DNA from: Planctomycetota bacterium
GTDB taxonomy: Bacteria; Planctomycetota; UBA8108; SXIK01
DNA: 64,000 nt
NCBI GenBank assembly: GCA_965223265.1
Contig: OZ244999.1
Location: 2,208,001 to 2,272,000, forward strand
Reading direction: 5' to 3'
Shown in pieces: positions 40,029 to 48,645 of this stretch. The translations under genes and the position numbers were made by a program. Position 1 is the stretch's first letter, and every line of letters starts with the position of its first letter. The notes beneath the pieces are model-generated. The model ran no database searches. It had not been told where the DNA came from and saw only the letters and a list, made by a program, of their open reading frames with translations.

Positions 40029-41159
40029 CTACCGGGAGTCGCGGAAACCGACGCGATGAAAGACGATCGCAATGACATGTAGCCGGCCCCCGCAGCACGA
40101 GCAGAAGGGATGTTCGGTGGGACTGTCCGTCGTCGTCGACGGCGCCGCCCTGGCTCCGTTCGCATCGGAATGAATCTGTGCGCCGTCGGCGGGAGGGTTC
40201 ACTCTAGCGACAAAGACTCGCACCTCGTGGAGGGAGACGGCGCTTTGCGGACTGAGGAATCCGTAGTGACGCACCTTCTGTAGCCCCCGAGGTAGGACGT
40301 GCTGGAGGAAGCGGCGGATGAACTCCAGAGCATCGAGCTCCATGGTCCGCCACCGCCGACTGCCCGACTTCTTCCAGCGAAAGCGAACGCGACCATCGTC
40401 GCAGGAGACGATGCGGGCATTGGAGATCGCTACGCGAAAGACGTAGCGTGATAGATACGTGAGTGTCGACTCGCCGTCACCGACGGCGCGCGAGTCGGTG
40501 ACGAAGTTCTCTGTCCACACCGCAGGCGCAATGTCCTTGAGAAGACCAGCCCGCTGCAGCTCGTGGCGGAATTTGGCGCGAAAGATCTTCGACAGCGCCT
40601 TGACCGGCACGAGAAAGTCGGGGCGCGAGGTGATCCAGCTCGCACCATCGTCGCTCAAGCCGCCGGCCGGCACCAACACGTGCAGGTGCGGGTGATATGC
40701 CAACGCCCGTCCCCAAGTGTGCAGAACCGCGGTGAAGCCAAGGCGCGCCGCACCGAGAAAGCGTGGATCGCGTGCGAGCTTCTGAAGCGATTCAGCGGCG
40801 GCGCGAAAGAGCGCCCGGTAGCAGGCACGCTGCTGCGAGCGCACGAAGGGTCGTAGCGTTGCGGGCAGAGTGAATGTAAGGAGAAAGTAGGGCACCTCGA
40901 GTCGATGCTGTAATTGCTCGGCGAGCCAGCGCACGTTCTTGGAGGACTGACAGCCCGGACAATGGCGGTTGCCGCACGAGCGGGGCGTCCGGTGAGAGCG
41001 AGCGCAGCTCTCGCAGCGCCAGCGCACGTAACCCAGATCGCCAGTGCCACAGGCGCTCAGCAGCGCCAGGACACGACGGTGCTGCAGAGGCACGCTGGAA
41101 CCGTGACACTCCAGATACTCCTCGCCATAGCGCGTGAAAATCTCCGCAAGCGACGCCAC
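40029..41159 (-). CDS. IS91-family transposase (Zn-binding + Y2_Tnp)
   Basis: SCGNRHCPGC, LHTWG...HPHLH (HUH), YLSRY (Y2), RRFLQHVLP..VRHYG. Confidence 0.93.
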   Translation of the reverse strand: MASLAEIFTRYGEEYLECHGSSVPLQHRRVLALLSACGTGDLGYVRWRCESCARSHRTPRSCGNRHCPGCQSSKNVRWLAEQLQHRLEVPYFLLTFTLPATLRPFVRSQQRACYRALFRAAAESLQKLARDPRFLGAARLGFTAVLHTWGRALAYHPHLHVLVPAGGLSDDGASWITSRPDFLVPVKALSKIFRAKFRHELQRAGLLKDIAPAVWTENFVTDSRAVGDGESTLTYLSRYVFRVAISNARIVSCDDGRVRFRWKKSGSRRWRTMELDALEFIRRFLQHVLPRGLQKVRHYGFLSPQSAVSLHEVRVFVARVNPPADGAQIHSDANGARAAPSTTTDSPTEHPFCSCCGGRLHVIAIVFHRVGFRDSR

Positions 41160-42073
41160 GGTGCGCTATTGGCCGGCGTTCGTCCTCGCCGCTTTGCCTC
41201 CTCTGAGCGAGGGCGTACCATGAGCGCGTTGATCGTCGCGTGGGCCTGCTCTTCGCCATCACGTGTAAGGTGCAGGTAGATCGACGTAGCCTTGAGCGAC
41301 CTGTGGCCGAGGTACTTCTGGATAACACGGAGGTTGACACCAGCCTCGAGTAAGTGTGTCGCATAGCTGTGGCGCAGAGTGTGGGGCGAAACGCGTTTCT
41401 TGATGCCAAGCTGCGTGGCGACGCGACGCAACGCTGCCTGAGCTGTCTTCCTCGACACGGGCTGCGTGGCCGATCGTCCCTGCTTGTCCCCGCGGCCGCG
41501 GGCGGGGAAAAGAAGTCGCGGGTTGCGATGCGTCTTCCAGTAGCGGCGCAGCGCTTCGAGAGTATCGGGGGGAAGCGGCACATAGCGGTCAGCGGCACCC
41601 TTGCCGCCACGAACGTGCACGAAAGAGCGTGCCGCGTCGACATCTCCTACTTCGAGCGAGATGCCCTCAGAGATCCTCAGGCCAAGGGAGTAGATCATCC
41701 AGAAGCAGGTGCGCCACTGCTGGCTGCAGGTCGCCGCGATGATCTCGTGAACCTCTTCGACGCTGAGGACGTCTGGCAGCTTGGATTCCTTCGGCGTTCG
41801 CAAATCCTCCAGCGTCTTCCAGTCGCGCGGCACCGTGCGTCTGAAGAAAAATCTCAAAGCGCTGTAGGCGATTTTCAAGGACCCGATAGCGAACTGACGC
41901 TCGTGCCTGAGGTGGAAAAGATAGTCGCGGACTTGAGTTTCCGAGAGCGTATCGGGAGACTTGTGATAGTGTTTCGCCAGCTGCCCGACGGCCCAAACGT
42001 AGACCCTGCAGGTACCGTCGGCGAGGCCGGCAAGTTCCAGATCCTGGAGAAACTTTTGGCGAAGAGGCGTCAT
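41057..42073 (-). CDS. Tyrosine recombinase/integrase (IS91-associated)
   Basis: SAM_4-like N-terminus, KLPDVLS, GLRISE, GKG..DR, HTLRHSYATHLLE, LGHRSL..TSIY. Confidence 0.93.
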   Translation of the reverse strand: MTPLRQKFLQDLELAGLADGTCRVYVWAVGQLAKHYHKSPDTLSETQVRDYLFHLRHERQFAIGSLKIAYSALRFFFRRTVPRDWKTLEDLRTPKESKLPDVLSVEEVHEIIAATCSQQWRTCFWMIYSLGLRISEGISLEVGDVDAARSFVHVRGGKGAADRYVPLPPDTLEALRRYWKTHRNPRLLFPARGRGDKQGRSATQPVSRKTAQAALRRVATQLGIKKRVSPHTLRHSYATHLLEAGVNLRVIQKYLGHRSLKATSIYLHLTRDGEEQAHATINALMVRPRSEEAKRRGRTPANSAPWRRLRRFSRAMARSIWSVTVPACLCSTVVSWRC

Positions 42074-42442
42074 AGCGTGCTCCTTTCTGAGAGGTTGCTT
42101 TCTGCAGAAAGAGCATCATCGACGCCTCGACGCCTTTACGCCTCATCGAACGGGCCGCAGAGCGAGCACACCGGTGGCCCGAGGCGGCCGGCGATCGTCA
42201 CCCAGAACGCCTGAACGAACCGGGCCTGCCGCGAAGCGGCTTCCTTGAACTCGAGGCTAGCGCAGACGGCGTCCCATTCATCCGTAGGCGTCGCGAGCAT
42301 AGGGCGTTGCCATGTTGCGACGCTTACGGATAATTGCGGCGCGGTGACGGCCGCAGTTCGTGGCCGTCTGGCGCGCCAATCGCCGCCAGTCGCGACGAGA
42401 CTCAACGAATGAATACGCTCAACGAACCAACACGAGAATGCG

Positions 42443-42940
42443 ATGGGACGCTTTTCGATGCACCGCCGGTGGGCTGATGTTCCTCAACTCGTCGTGTGCG
42501 TCAGCACTGGCTTCGTGCTGTGGAGCTGTGCGGCGCTACAGCGCGAGCGCACCGATCCCTCGTCGCCGGTCGTGGCTCTCAACGTCCTCTCGACCCCCGC
42601 GCCGACAGCCGAGGGTTTCGGCGTGAACGTCTTCGCGCACCGCAAAGGTGAAACAAAGGCGAGCCCGATCGTTGATGGTTCTCTTGAGGTGAAGCTGTTC
42701 GACGGGCTGGCCTCTGGGGACGACGCCGGCGCGCTCGAGCCATTGGCATCTTGGACCTATTCCGCCGAGGATCTTCTTGGGCGTGAACATCGCTCGTATC
42801 TTGGCGTGTCCTACGGTCTCAGGGTACAGTGGGGACGCAGGAAGCCGTCGGCGCGACATGTGACCATTTCCGTTCGCTACATACCTCCCCAAGGACAGGC
42901 CGTGGTGGCGCCGCTCACATCGCTTCTCGTGGCGCCGTAG
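42443..42940 (+). CDS. Putative lipoprotein (candidate secretin pilotin/accessory)
   Basis: Lipobox-like VLWSC after a hydrophobic stretch; beta-rich 165 aa; co-oriented just after gspD once mobile DNA is removed. Confidence 0.6.
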   Translation: MGRFSMHRRWADVPQLVVCVSTGFVLWSCAALQRERTDPSSPVVALNVLSTPAPTAEGFGVNVFAHRKGETKASPIVDGSLEVKLFDGLASGDDAGALEPLASWTYSAEDLLGREHRSYLGVSYGLRVQWGRRKPSARHVTISVRYIPPQGQAVVAPLTSLLVAP

Positions 42941-43022
42941 CTCACCGGGCTGTCTGGACGGCGTCCGGACTCCGGACGTAGAGCAGGAAGTGGCAGAAGC
43001 AGAGCGCCAAAAAAAAAGCGCC

Positions 43023-43057
43023 AAAAAAAAGCGAGAGTGAACGGTGTTCACCCTCGC
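43023..43057 (-). terminator. Rho-independent terminator after tRNA-Ala
   Basis: Hairpin GCGAGAGTGAAC/GTTCACCCTCGC next to an A8 run (U-tract on the - strand). Confidence 0.7.
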
Positions 43058-43067
43058 TTGCGTCTTG

Positions 43068-43143
<76 letters not shown>

Positions 43144-43761
43144 GTAGCATGCGGACAGTTTCCGGCGGTGCCGCTAATGATTCGGCAGCGCGCCGGTTGA
43201 TTCTTTTTCGGTCCACCGCGACATGACTTCACGGCAGGTCTTCTGTACCTGGTCTGCGACCGTTTTTGACGGTGACCTTTAACTGCGGCCGTTTTGGCTG
43301 TGACTTTTTTGGGCTGCGATCTGGTTGGCTGCGGCCTGGCCCTGCGATCCGATTTTTCTTCGGTCAATGCATAGCATCGACTTGATCGATCGATCGCAGG
43401 AAAAAAAGATCATAGAGCCGGTGCGATGCCTGTCAAGGTCGATTTTGTTTGAATGAGACAGCCATGCATTATACTTTCTGAGCCACACGGCGCGTCGCTC
43501 GCTGGTGAATGGAACGTCGGTGCTTCGCCGCTGCAATAGGCTTTTGATCGCCGGTCGAAGAGCCGTTCGGCCGAGAATCTGGCCTCTGTCCGTCGTGCTC
43601 GACTGTGTCGGTGTCGCCGACCACGTACAAAAAACCATAGAAGGCTCGGAGATTTCCTGCGTTTGCCACCGACGATCTGAGCGGGAAGACAGGTGTCGGC
43701 TCGAAGCGCTCCGGCGGGCCGCACTTGCTGCGCAGACAGTCAGCTACGGTGACCCAAGGCA

Positions 43762-46700
43762 ATGCCGAACCCAAAGCCGAGAAGCAAGCAAATGGTCTAT
43801 GTGTCTCCGGCGGCTGTCGGAGGTCCTCCGCGCGAAGTTGATCTGAGTTTCGTCAGACGGCTGCTGCTCGCGGATACGTGGGCCAGATACGCGACGCATC
43901 GCCGGCAGCGGGAGCCTCTCGTTGCCACCGGGGTGGAAGCTTTCGGGCAGGCCGCCACTGACCGTGCCGCGGCGGAGGAGCGGAGCGGCTTCGACGTGGC
44001 AGCCAGCGGGATGGCCGGCGTCAAGGAGCTCTGCGAGCAGTTGCAAATTACGCCGACCCCATCGCTCCACTCAACGGCCGACCCTGTGTCTTGCGGTTTC
44101 ACACAGTGGATTTTCTTGCGCCTCTTGGAGGGAGGGCTTCTCGAGCGTGTTGAGCGCGATCGAAGTGTTTGCGAGCAGTGCCAACGAACGTTCCCGATAG
44201 GTCGCTACACCCGCTGCCCGTTTGACCAAGGCGCGTTTGTGGACGATCAAGTGACTCGGTGGTACCTGAATCCGGGGCCGTTTGCTGAACGACTCCTGAA
44301 CGACGTCGACAAGGGAAAATGGAGCCGATCCAATCGGCGTGAGCAGCGGGAGATGCTCGATCGTCGTCGCGGTGTCGAACTGATCTTTTCGATCTCACGC
44401 CCTTTCGAGCAGGAGTACTTTGAGGTCGAGGTCTTCACGACGAATATTGAGGCGATCCATGGCGCGACTTTCCTGCTCTTCGACCCATTCCATCCGCTCG
44501 CCGATAGTATCGTCGACGCCGCGTATTTGGACGAGGTCAACCGTTATCGAGAGCGCGTCAAACATGGAACCGAACGCCGTGGTTCTGCGGTGCGGACCGG
44601 GGGGTTCGCACTCAATCCGGCCACGCTCCAGCACATCCCGATTCTATTGAGCCCACTGGCGAACGAGCCGTTCGGTGACGGGGTCGTGATGGGGGTGCCG
44701 GCACACGACCGCGAGCTCTTTGCCCTGGCCCGCAGTATGCGTTTACCGATTCGGGAAGTGATCCATGGCAACGGCGCTAAGTTCGATGACAAGAGCCGGC
44801 TGGTGGAGCCGTGGCTTGGCGATGGTGTCCTCACCAACTCGGGACCGCTGACGAGTCTGTCGCGTAAGGTTGGGCGCGACCGCATCATCTCGACGCTCTC
44901 GCGTCGCGGGATCTGTCGCCGCGTTACCCGACACCGATATCGTCGCCACGCGATCTCAGGTCCCTATGGCTGGGGAGCGCCCGTTCCGGTCCTTCATTGC
45001 GGAATCTGCGGACCCGTGGGCGTTCGCGACGACGAGTTGCCGTACGCGTTTGCTTCGGCTGCGACCAAGAGCGACCAGGCGCCAAGCGATGCGTCGCTGC
45101 GATGTCCTGAATGTGGTGGGCGCGCTGACGCCGATCCGCACACGATTCTGCCATGGCTCGGGCATTCGTGGCATTTCTTGCGGTCGATCCTGCCGAGACT
45201 TGAGGTCGCCGCATCTGTACCTGAGGTCGACGCGTCGCAGGCGACTGCGGTGTCTGAGCCAGCCGTAGTTGAGCCGGCAGAGGCAGCCGAGGAAGCCGCT
45301 TCGAGCTTGAGTTCGACTCCGAGCCCAACACCGGCGACACCTTCTTCGAGCATCGCTTCGCGCCACGCTGCCGTCGATTCTGACGCGCCAGCTGACGAAC
45401 CTGTGGCGACGGGCACACCGCCGCCGTCCGCGCCGTCGATCAAGACTGCATCGGGCGATGCCGCCGAAGAAGAAGTGGTGTCCGGCGACCAAAGTCGCGG
45501 TGGGGCCGAAGTCCGTGTGCCGGCTCATGCGGAGAGTTCCCCGGCTGTCTCCAGCGACGCGGGAGTTCCCACGCAGCCAGTACCGGAGTCGCAAAATGCC
45601 ACGAGCGAGTTGCCCGAGGAGCTCGACGCTCCCGAGCGTCCCGACGCGTCCTCTGAGGCGAGAGAGACTGGCGCGGCGGCCAAAGTGAGCAGCGAGGCTG
45701 TGGGAACGGAAGGTGAGAGCAGCGACGAGGATCAAGCCGAACCATCGGTGGTGGCGGCGCCTCAAACCGCGGCTGCTCCAGCGGGAGACGGTCGGCCGCA
45801 ATCATCGCCGGCAGAGCGGCTTGCTCCTCCTCGTCCTCGCAAAGGGTTTCGTCAGCGTCGTACGTTTTCCGGCCCGCAGCTGCCACTACCAGTTGACGCG
45901 GCTTTCGGAGCCCCCGACGAATGCGTCAAAGAGGTTCTTGGATATCGTTTCGTCACCAAGTTTCTGTACGACCTAGGCGAGTGCCCAGTCTATGAGCCGT
46001 TCAGTCGGTTTTGTTCGGTCGCCACGGCGAAGTGGGGTGACGACGGTGACAACGCCGCTGCCGCTCGCTGTGTCGATCGGGGGAAGGTGGACGAATGGAT
46101 TTCACGTTACGGCCTTGACGCTTTGCGGTTGTCCGTCTTGTTTGCCGGGGCGGTCGATTCCCCTATCGAGTTCGACGCACGACGAGTACGGCAGATGCGG
46201 CGACTCTGCGAACGCATTCGACGACAGGTGAAAGAGCGTCACGAAAAGGGTAAGTTCGTCTCCGGCCGCATCCTTCGCCGTAAGCACCTCTTGATTCATG
46301 CGCTCACGGAGCGTTTGGAGGCGTGGAAGTTCCACACTGCCATCGCCGCACTGCTGCGTTTCGTGCGCCTGCTCGGCAGTCCGGAGGTCACCATCGAGGA
46401 AATGGACTCCGCATCCTTGCGGACCTTCGTCATTCTGCTCTCTCCGTTTGCTCCGCAGCTCGCCCAAGAGTTGTGGGGGATCTTGGGCCAGGAGGGTGAG
46501 GTGGCCTCACAGCCTTGGCCCGTCGCCATCGACGAGCATGTCCATCCTCCGGAGCGTGAGTTCGCGATTCTCGTCAATGGCAAAGTGCGCGACCGAATGG
46601 AGCAACCGGCGACGTTGAAGGCCGAAAAAATCGAGTCGAACGCCTTACAGCGCGAGGCGATTCGCGAGCTCGTTGGCCCGAGAAAGATCAGCAAAGTCGT

Positions 46701-46767
46701 CGTCGTACCGCACCGGTTAGTGAGCATCGTGTTGGAGGCAGAGCCGAAAGCCGACGACGATGCTTGA
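43762..46767 (+). CDS. Leucyl-tRNA synthetase-like protein with degenerate catalytic motifs (pseudo-LeuRS)
   Basis: Colinear with bacterial LeuRS (EVFTT, VMGVPAHD, WGAPVP, LPVD, YGLDALRL, FHTAIA, LSPFAP, VNGKVRD, KVVVVPHRLVSIV); no HIGH or KMSKS. Confidence 0.85.
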   Translation: MPNPKPRSKQMVYVSPAAVGGPPREVDLSFVRRLLLADTWARYATHRRQREPLVATGVEAFGQAATDRAAAEERSGFDVAASGMAGVKELCEQLQITPTPSLHSTADPVSCGFTQWIFLRLLEGGLLERVERDRSVCEQCQRTFPIGRYTRCPFDQGAFVDDQVTRWYLNPGPFAERLLNDVDKGKWSRSNRREQREMLDRRRGVELIFSISRPFEQEYFEVEVFTTNIEAIHGATFLLFDPFHPLADSIVDAAYLDEVNRYRERVKHGTERRGSAVRTGGFALNPATLQHIPILLSPLANEPFGDGVVMGVPAHDRELFALARSMRLPIREVIHGNGAKFDDKSRLVEPWLGDGVLTNSGPLTSLSRKVGRDRIISTLSRRGICRRVTRHRYRRHAISGPYGWGAPVPVLHCGICGPVGVRDDELPYAFASAATKSDQAPSDASLRCPECGGRADADPHTILPWLGHSWHFLRSILPRLEVAASVPEVDASQATAVSEPAVVEPAEAAEEAASSLSSTPSPTPATPSSSIASRHAAVDSDAPADEPVATGTPPPSAPSIKTASGDAAEEEVVSGDQSRGGAEVRVPAHAESSPAVSSDAGVPTQPVPESQNATSELPEELDAPERPDASSEARETGAAAKVSSEAVGTEGESSDEDQAEPSVVAAPQTAAAPAGDGRPQSSPAERLAPPRPRKGFRQRRTFSGPQLPLPVDAAFGAPDECVKEVLGYRFVTKFLYDLGECPVYEPFSRFCSVATAKWGDDGDNAAAARCVDRGKVDEWISRYGLDALRLSVLFAGAVDSPIEFDARRVRQMRRLCERIRRQVKERHEKGKFVSGRILRRKHLLIHALTERLEAWKFHTAIAALLRFVRLLGSPEVTIEEMDSASLRTFVILLSPFAPQLAQELWGILGQEGEVASQPWPVAIDEHVHPPEREFAILVNGKVRDRMEQPATLKAEKIESNALQREAIRELVGPRKISKVVVVPHRLVSIVLEAEPKADDDA

Positions 46768-46971
46768 CGGGCTGTCGACCTCCGTTTGAGCTCGACGCCG
46801 GCTCGCGTTTTGTCTCGCCGGTCATGGACCGAGTAAGCGTGGCGACGCGGCGATCGAGCGCTCTGGCTCGGCCTCCCGCTCTCTCTCAGCGGAATCTTGC
46901 GCGTTGAGACGTGCCTTCAGCCGAAGAAGGTTGGGAATAACCGAAACTGCAAAAGCCGCCGGAGACCTTTC

Positions 46972-48177
46972 ATGCGTTTTGGGAACGTATCCAAGAGACT
47001 GCTAGCAGATCTGACGAAGCTCGCGTTGCTCGTTTCGATGTTCTTCGTTCTACAGCATCAGGTTACGGGAGTGCGCGCAGTTGCAGAGAGTGAGTCGCGG
47101 GTTGTGGCCAATCACGCCGCCGATCAGCGGCGTCTCGCTGAGCGGAACGAAGAGCTGCAGACCCAACTTGAGCACGCGGTACTCACGCTGACGGAGCTCA
47201 AGAAAGAAGTGCGGAGCCTCTCGACGACACTCTCTCGGGCGCGTACCGAAACCGTGCGTGTGGACGAAAAGATGGCGTCGCTTGAGACTCTCGTGTCGCG
47301 GCGAATCGACGGCGAGAGCCGTCGCGTTGACGCGCTTGAGAAGCAGACTGTGAAGGCAGATTCCCAGATCGCCGAGCTGTCGAACAACCGCGTCCGCGAC
47401 GCGAAGCGAATGAAACGCCTCATGCTTGACCCCACTGCTCAGCTGCGCGGCAACGGCACCGTGGGGAGTGGTGTCTTGTTCTACAGCGAAGCGCAACGGG
47501 AAGAGTCTGTAGATGCCGGTTACACAACCTTCGTTTTGACCGCCTATCACGTGGTCTTGGAAGTGTCTGGAGACGATCACCCGCTCTTCGTCGAAGAAGT
47601 GCGCGTGACGATTCCCGGGGCTGACGAAATGACGCCGTTCTCCGCGCGCGTGGTCCTGTTTGATCGCCAGCGCGACTTGGCTCTGCTCAGACTCGACGCA
47701 GATGTGCGATTCGACAATCTCGTCGATCTCATGCCCCTGGAGGCGCTCGACCGTCTTGATGTCTTCTCACCGGCTTACGCAGTTGGCTGTCCGCTCGGCA
47801 ATCAGCCGTTCCCGACGCTTGGCGAAGTGTCTTCTCGCAACAAACCAGTGGGCGCGCAGAATTTTTGGATGCTCAACGCGCCGACGTTTTTCGGCAACTC
47901 GGGCGGCGGAGTCTATCTCGCCGAGAGCTGCCGGCTGATCGGGATCTCCAGCATGATCTACACCTACGGCAAGTCGAACCCCACCGTCGTTCCCCACATG
48001 GGTCTTTTTGTGCCGCTGCGGGAAGTTTATCGCTGGCTTGACGAGGAAGACTTCGCGTTCGTCTACCGTCGCCGGCCTGTCCCGGATCGCCTGGTCTGGA
48101 AGCTGCTTCCCTCCGTCGAAGAGGGGGAGGCCAGCTCTCCGTTCGCGAGCACCAGCGCGACCGCAGACGACGATTGA
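46972..48177 (+). CDS. Membrane-anchored trypsin-like serine protease with coiled-coil stalk
   Basis: TM, long coiled coil, GSGV, LTAYHVV, DLALL, GNSGG (triad intact); no PDZ evident. Confidence 0.88.
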   Translation: MRFGNVSKRLLADLTKLALLVSMFFVLQHQVTGVRAVAESESRVVANHAADQRRLAERNEELQTQLEHAVLTLTELKKEVRSLSTTLSRARTETVRVDEKMASLETLVSRRIDGESRRVDALEKQTVKADSQIAELSNNRVRDAKRMKRLMLDPTAQLRGNGTVGSGVLFYSEAQREESVDAGYTTFVLTAYHVVLEVSGDDHPLFVEEVRVTIPGADEMTPFSARVVLFDRQRDLALLRLDADVRFDNLVDLMPLEALDRLDVFSPAYAVGCPLGNQPFPTLGEVSSRNKPVGAQNFWMLNAPTFFGNSGGGVYLAESCRLIGISSMIYTYGKSNPTVVPHMGLFVPLREVYRWLDEEDFAFVYRRRPVPDRLVWKLLPSVEEGEASSPFASTSATADDD

Positions 48178-48273
48178 GGGCCGTGAGGCCTTCGTAACTC
48201 GACGCAGAGGAGAGGGATCTCGCCGACGGCTACAGCGACCGGGGGCGAGCGCTCAGGGTGTTCAAAAACTCCT

Positions 48274-48302
48274 TTGTGACGCACCCGAACAGTTCCTATA
48301 AT
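48274..48302 (+). promoter_or_regulatory. Putative sigma70 promoter
   Basis: TTGTGA-N17-TATAAT. Confidence 0.55.
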
Positions 48303-48645
48303 CTGGGGTTCGCAGGGAGTGAACCATCGGGCGGTACTGGTGGCACTCCCACAACCGACCATAGCGTTGCCTCGCAGACTGGATTGGCGTACATTCGTGC
48401 CTCTTCGGTCCATCGGGATCGACGGGGTGGGGGCGAAGCCGATTTTTTCCGAGAATCGCTTCGACCATGATACGTAAGTAAACTGACGGTCGAGCCGTTC
48501 GCGCCTGTGTCTATTGGCGGGTGCAGCGGGCGACCGAGTCTAAAGTTAGCGGAAATTGAGCTCGGCCTGGTTTCGTAAGCCAGGGCGGCGGCGTGCGCGC
48601 CGCGCCGAGAGCTTTCCAAGCGGCCGACGAACGGAGAGTCGAAAC

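Larger units (their letters stand above)
39731..42250 (-). mobile_element. IS91-family-like element carrying a tyrosine recombinase plus an HUH (Y2) transposase
   Basis: Inverted ends GTTCAAGGAGCCTCGCGGC / GCCGCGAAGCGGCTTCCTTGAAC; two co-oriented genes; no TSD. Confidence 0.82.

Noticed and set aside
39473-40082. ORFs across MITE2 and the IS91 end (also 53702..54429)
   Set aside because: Similar peptides at both loci just reflect the repeat; frames are not conserved between copies
41057-42073. Integrase as an integron integrase or prophage marker
   Set aside because: Coupled to an IS91-type transposase inside short inverted ends; no IntI-specific insertion evident and no phage genes
43003-43033. 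GCGCC-A(8-9) tandem duplication
   Set aside because: Probably local slippage at the terminator U-tract; no further structure
43762-46767. Annotation as a functional leuS or as a pseudogene
   Set aside because: Catalytic motifs are missing, so it is unlikely to be a normal synthetase; no stops or frameshifts and selective retention of tRNA-binding domains argue against simple decay
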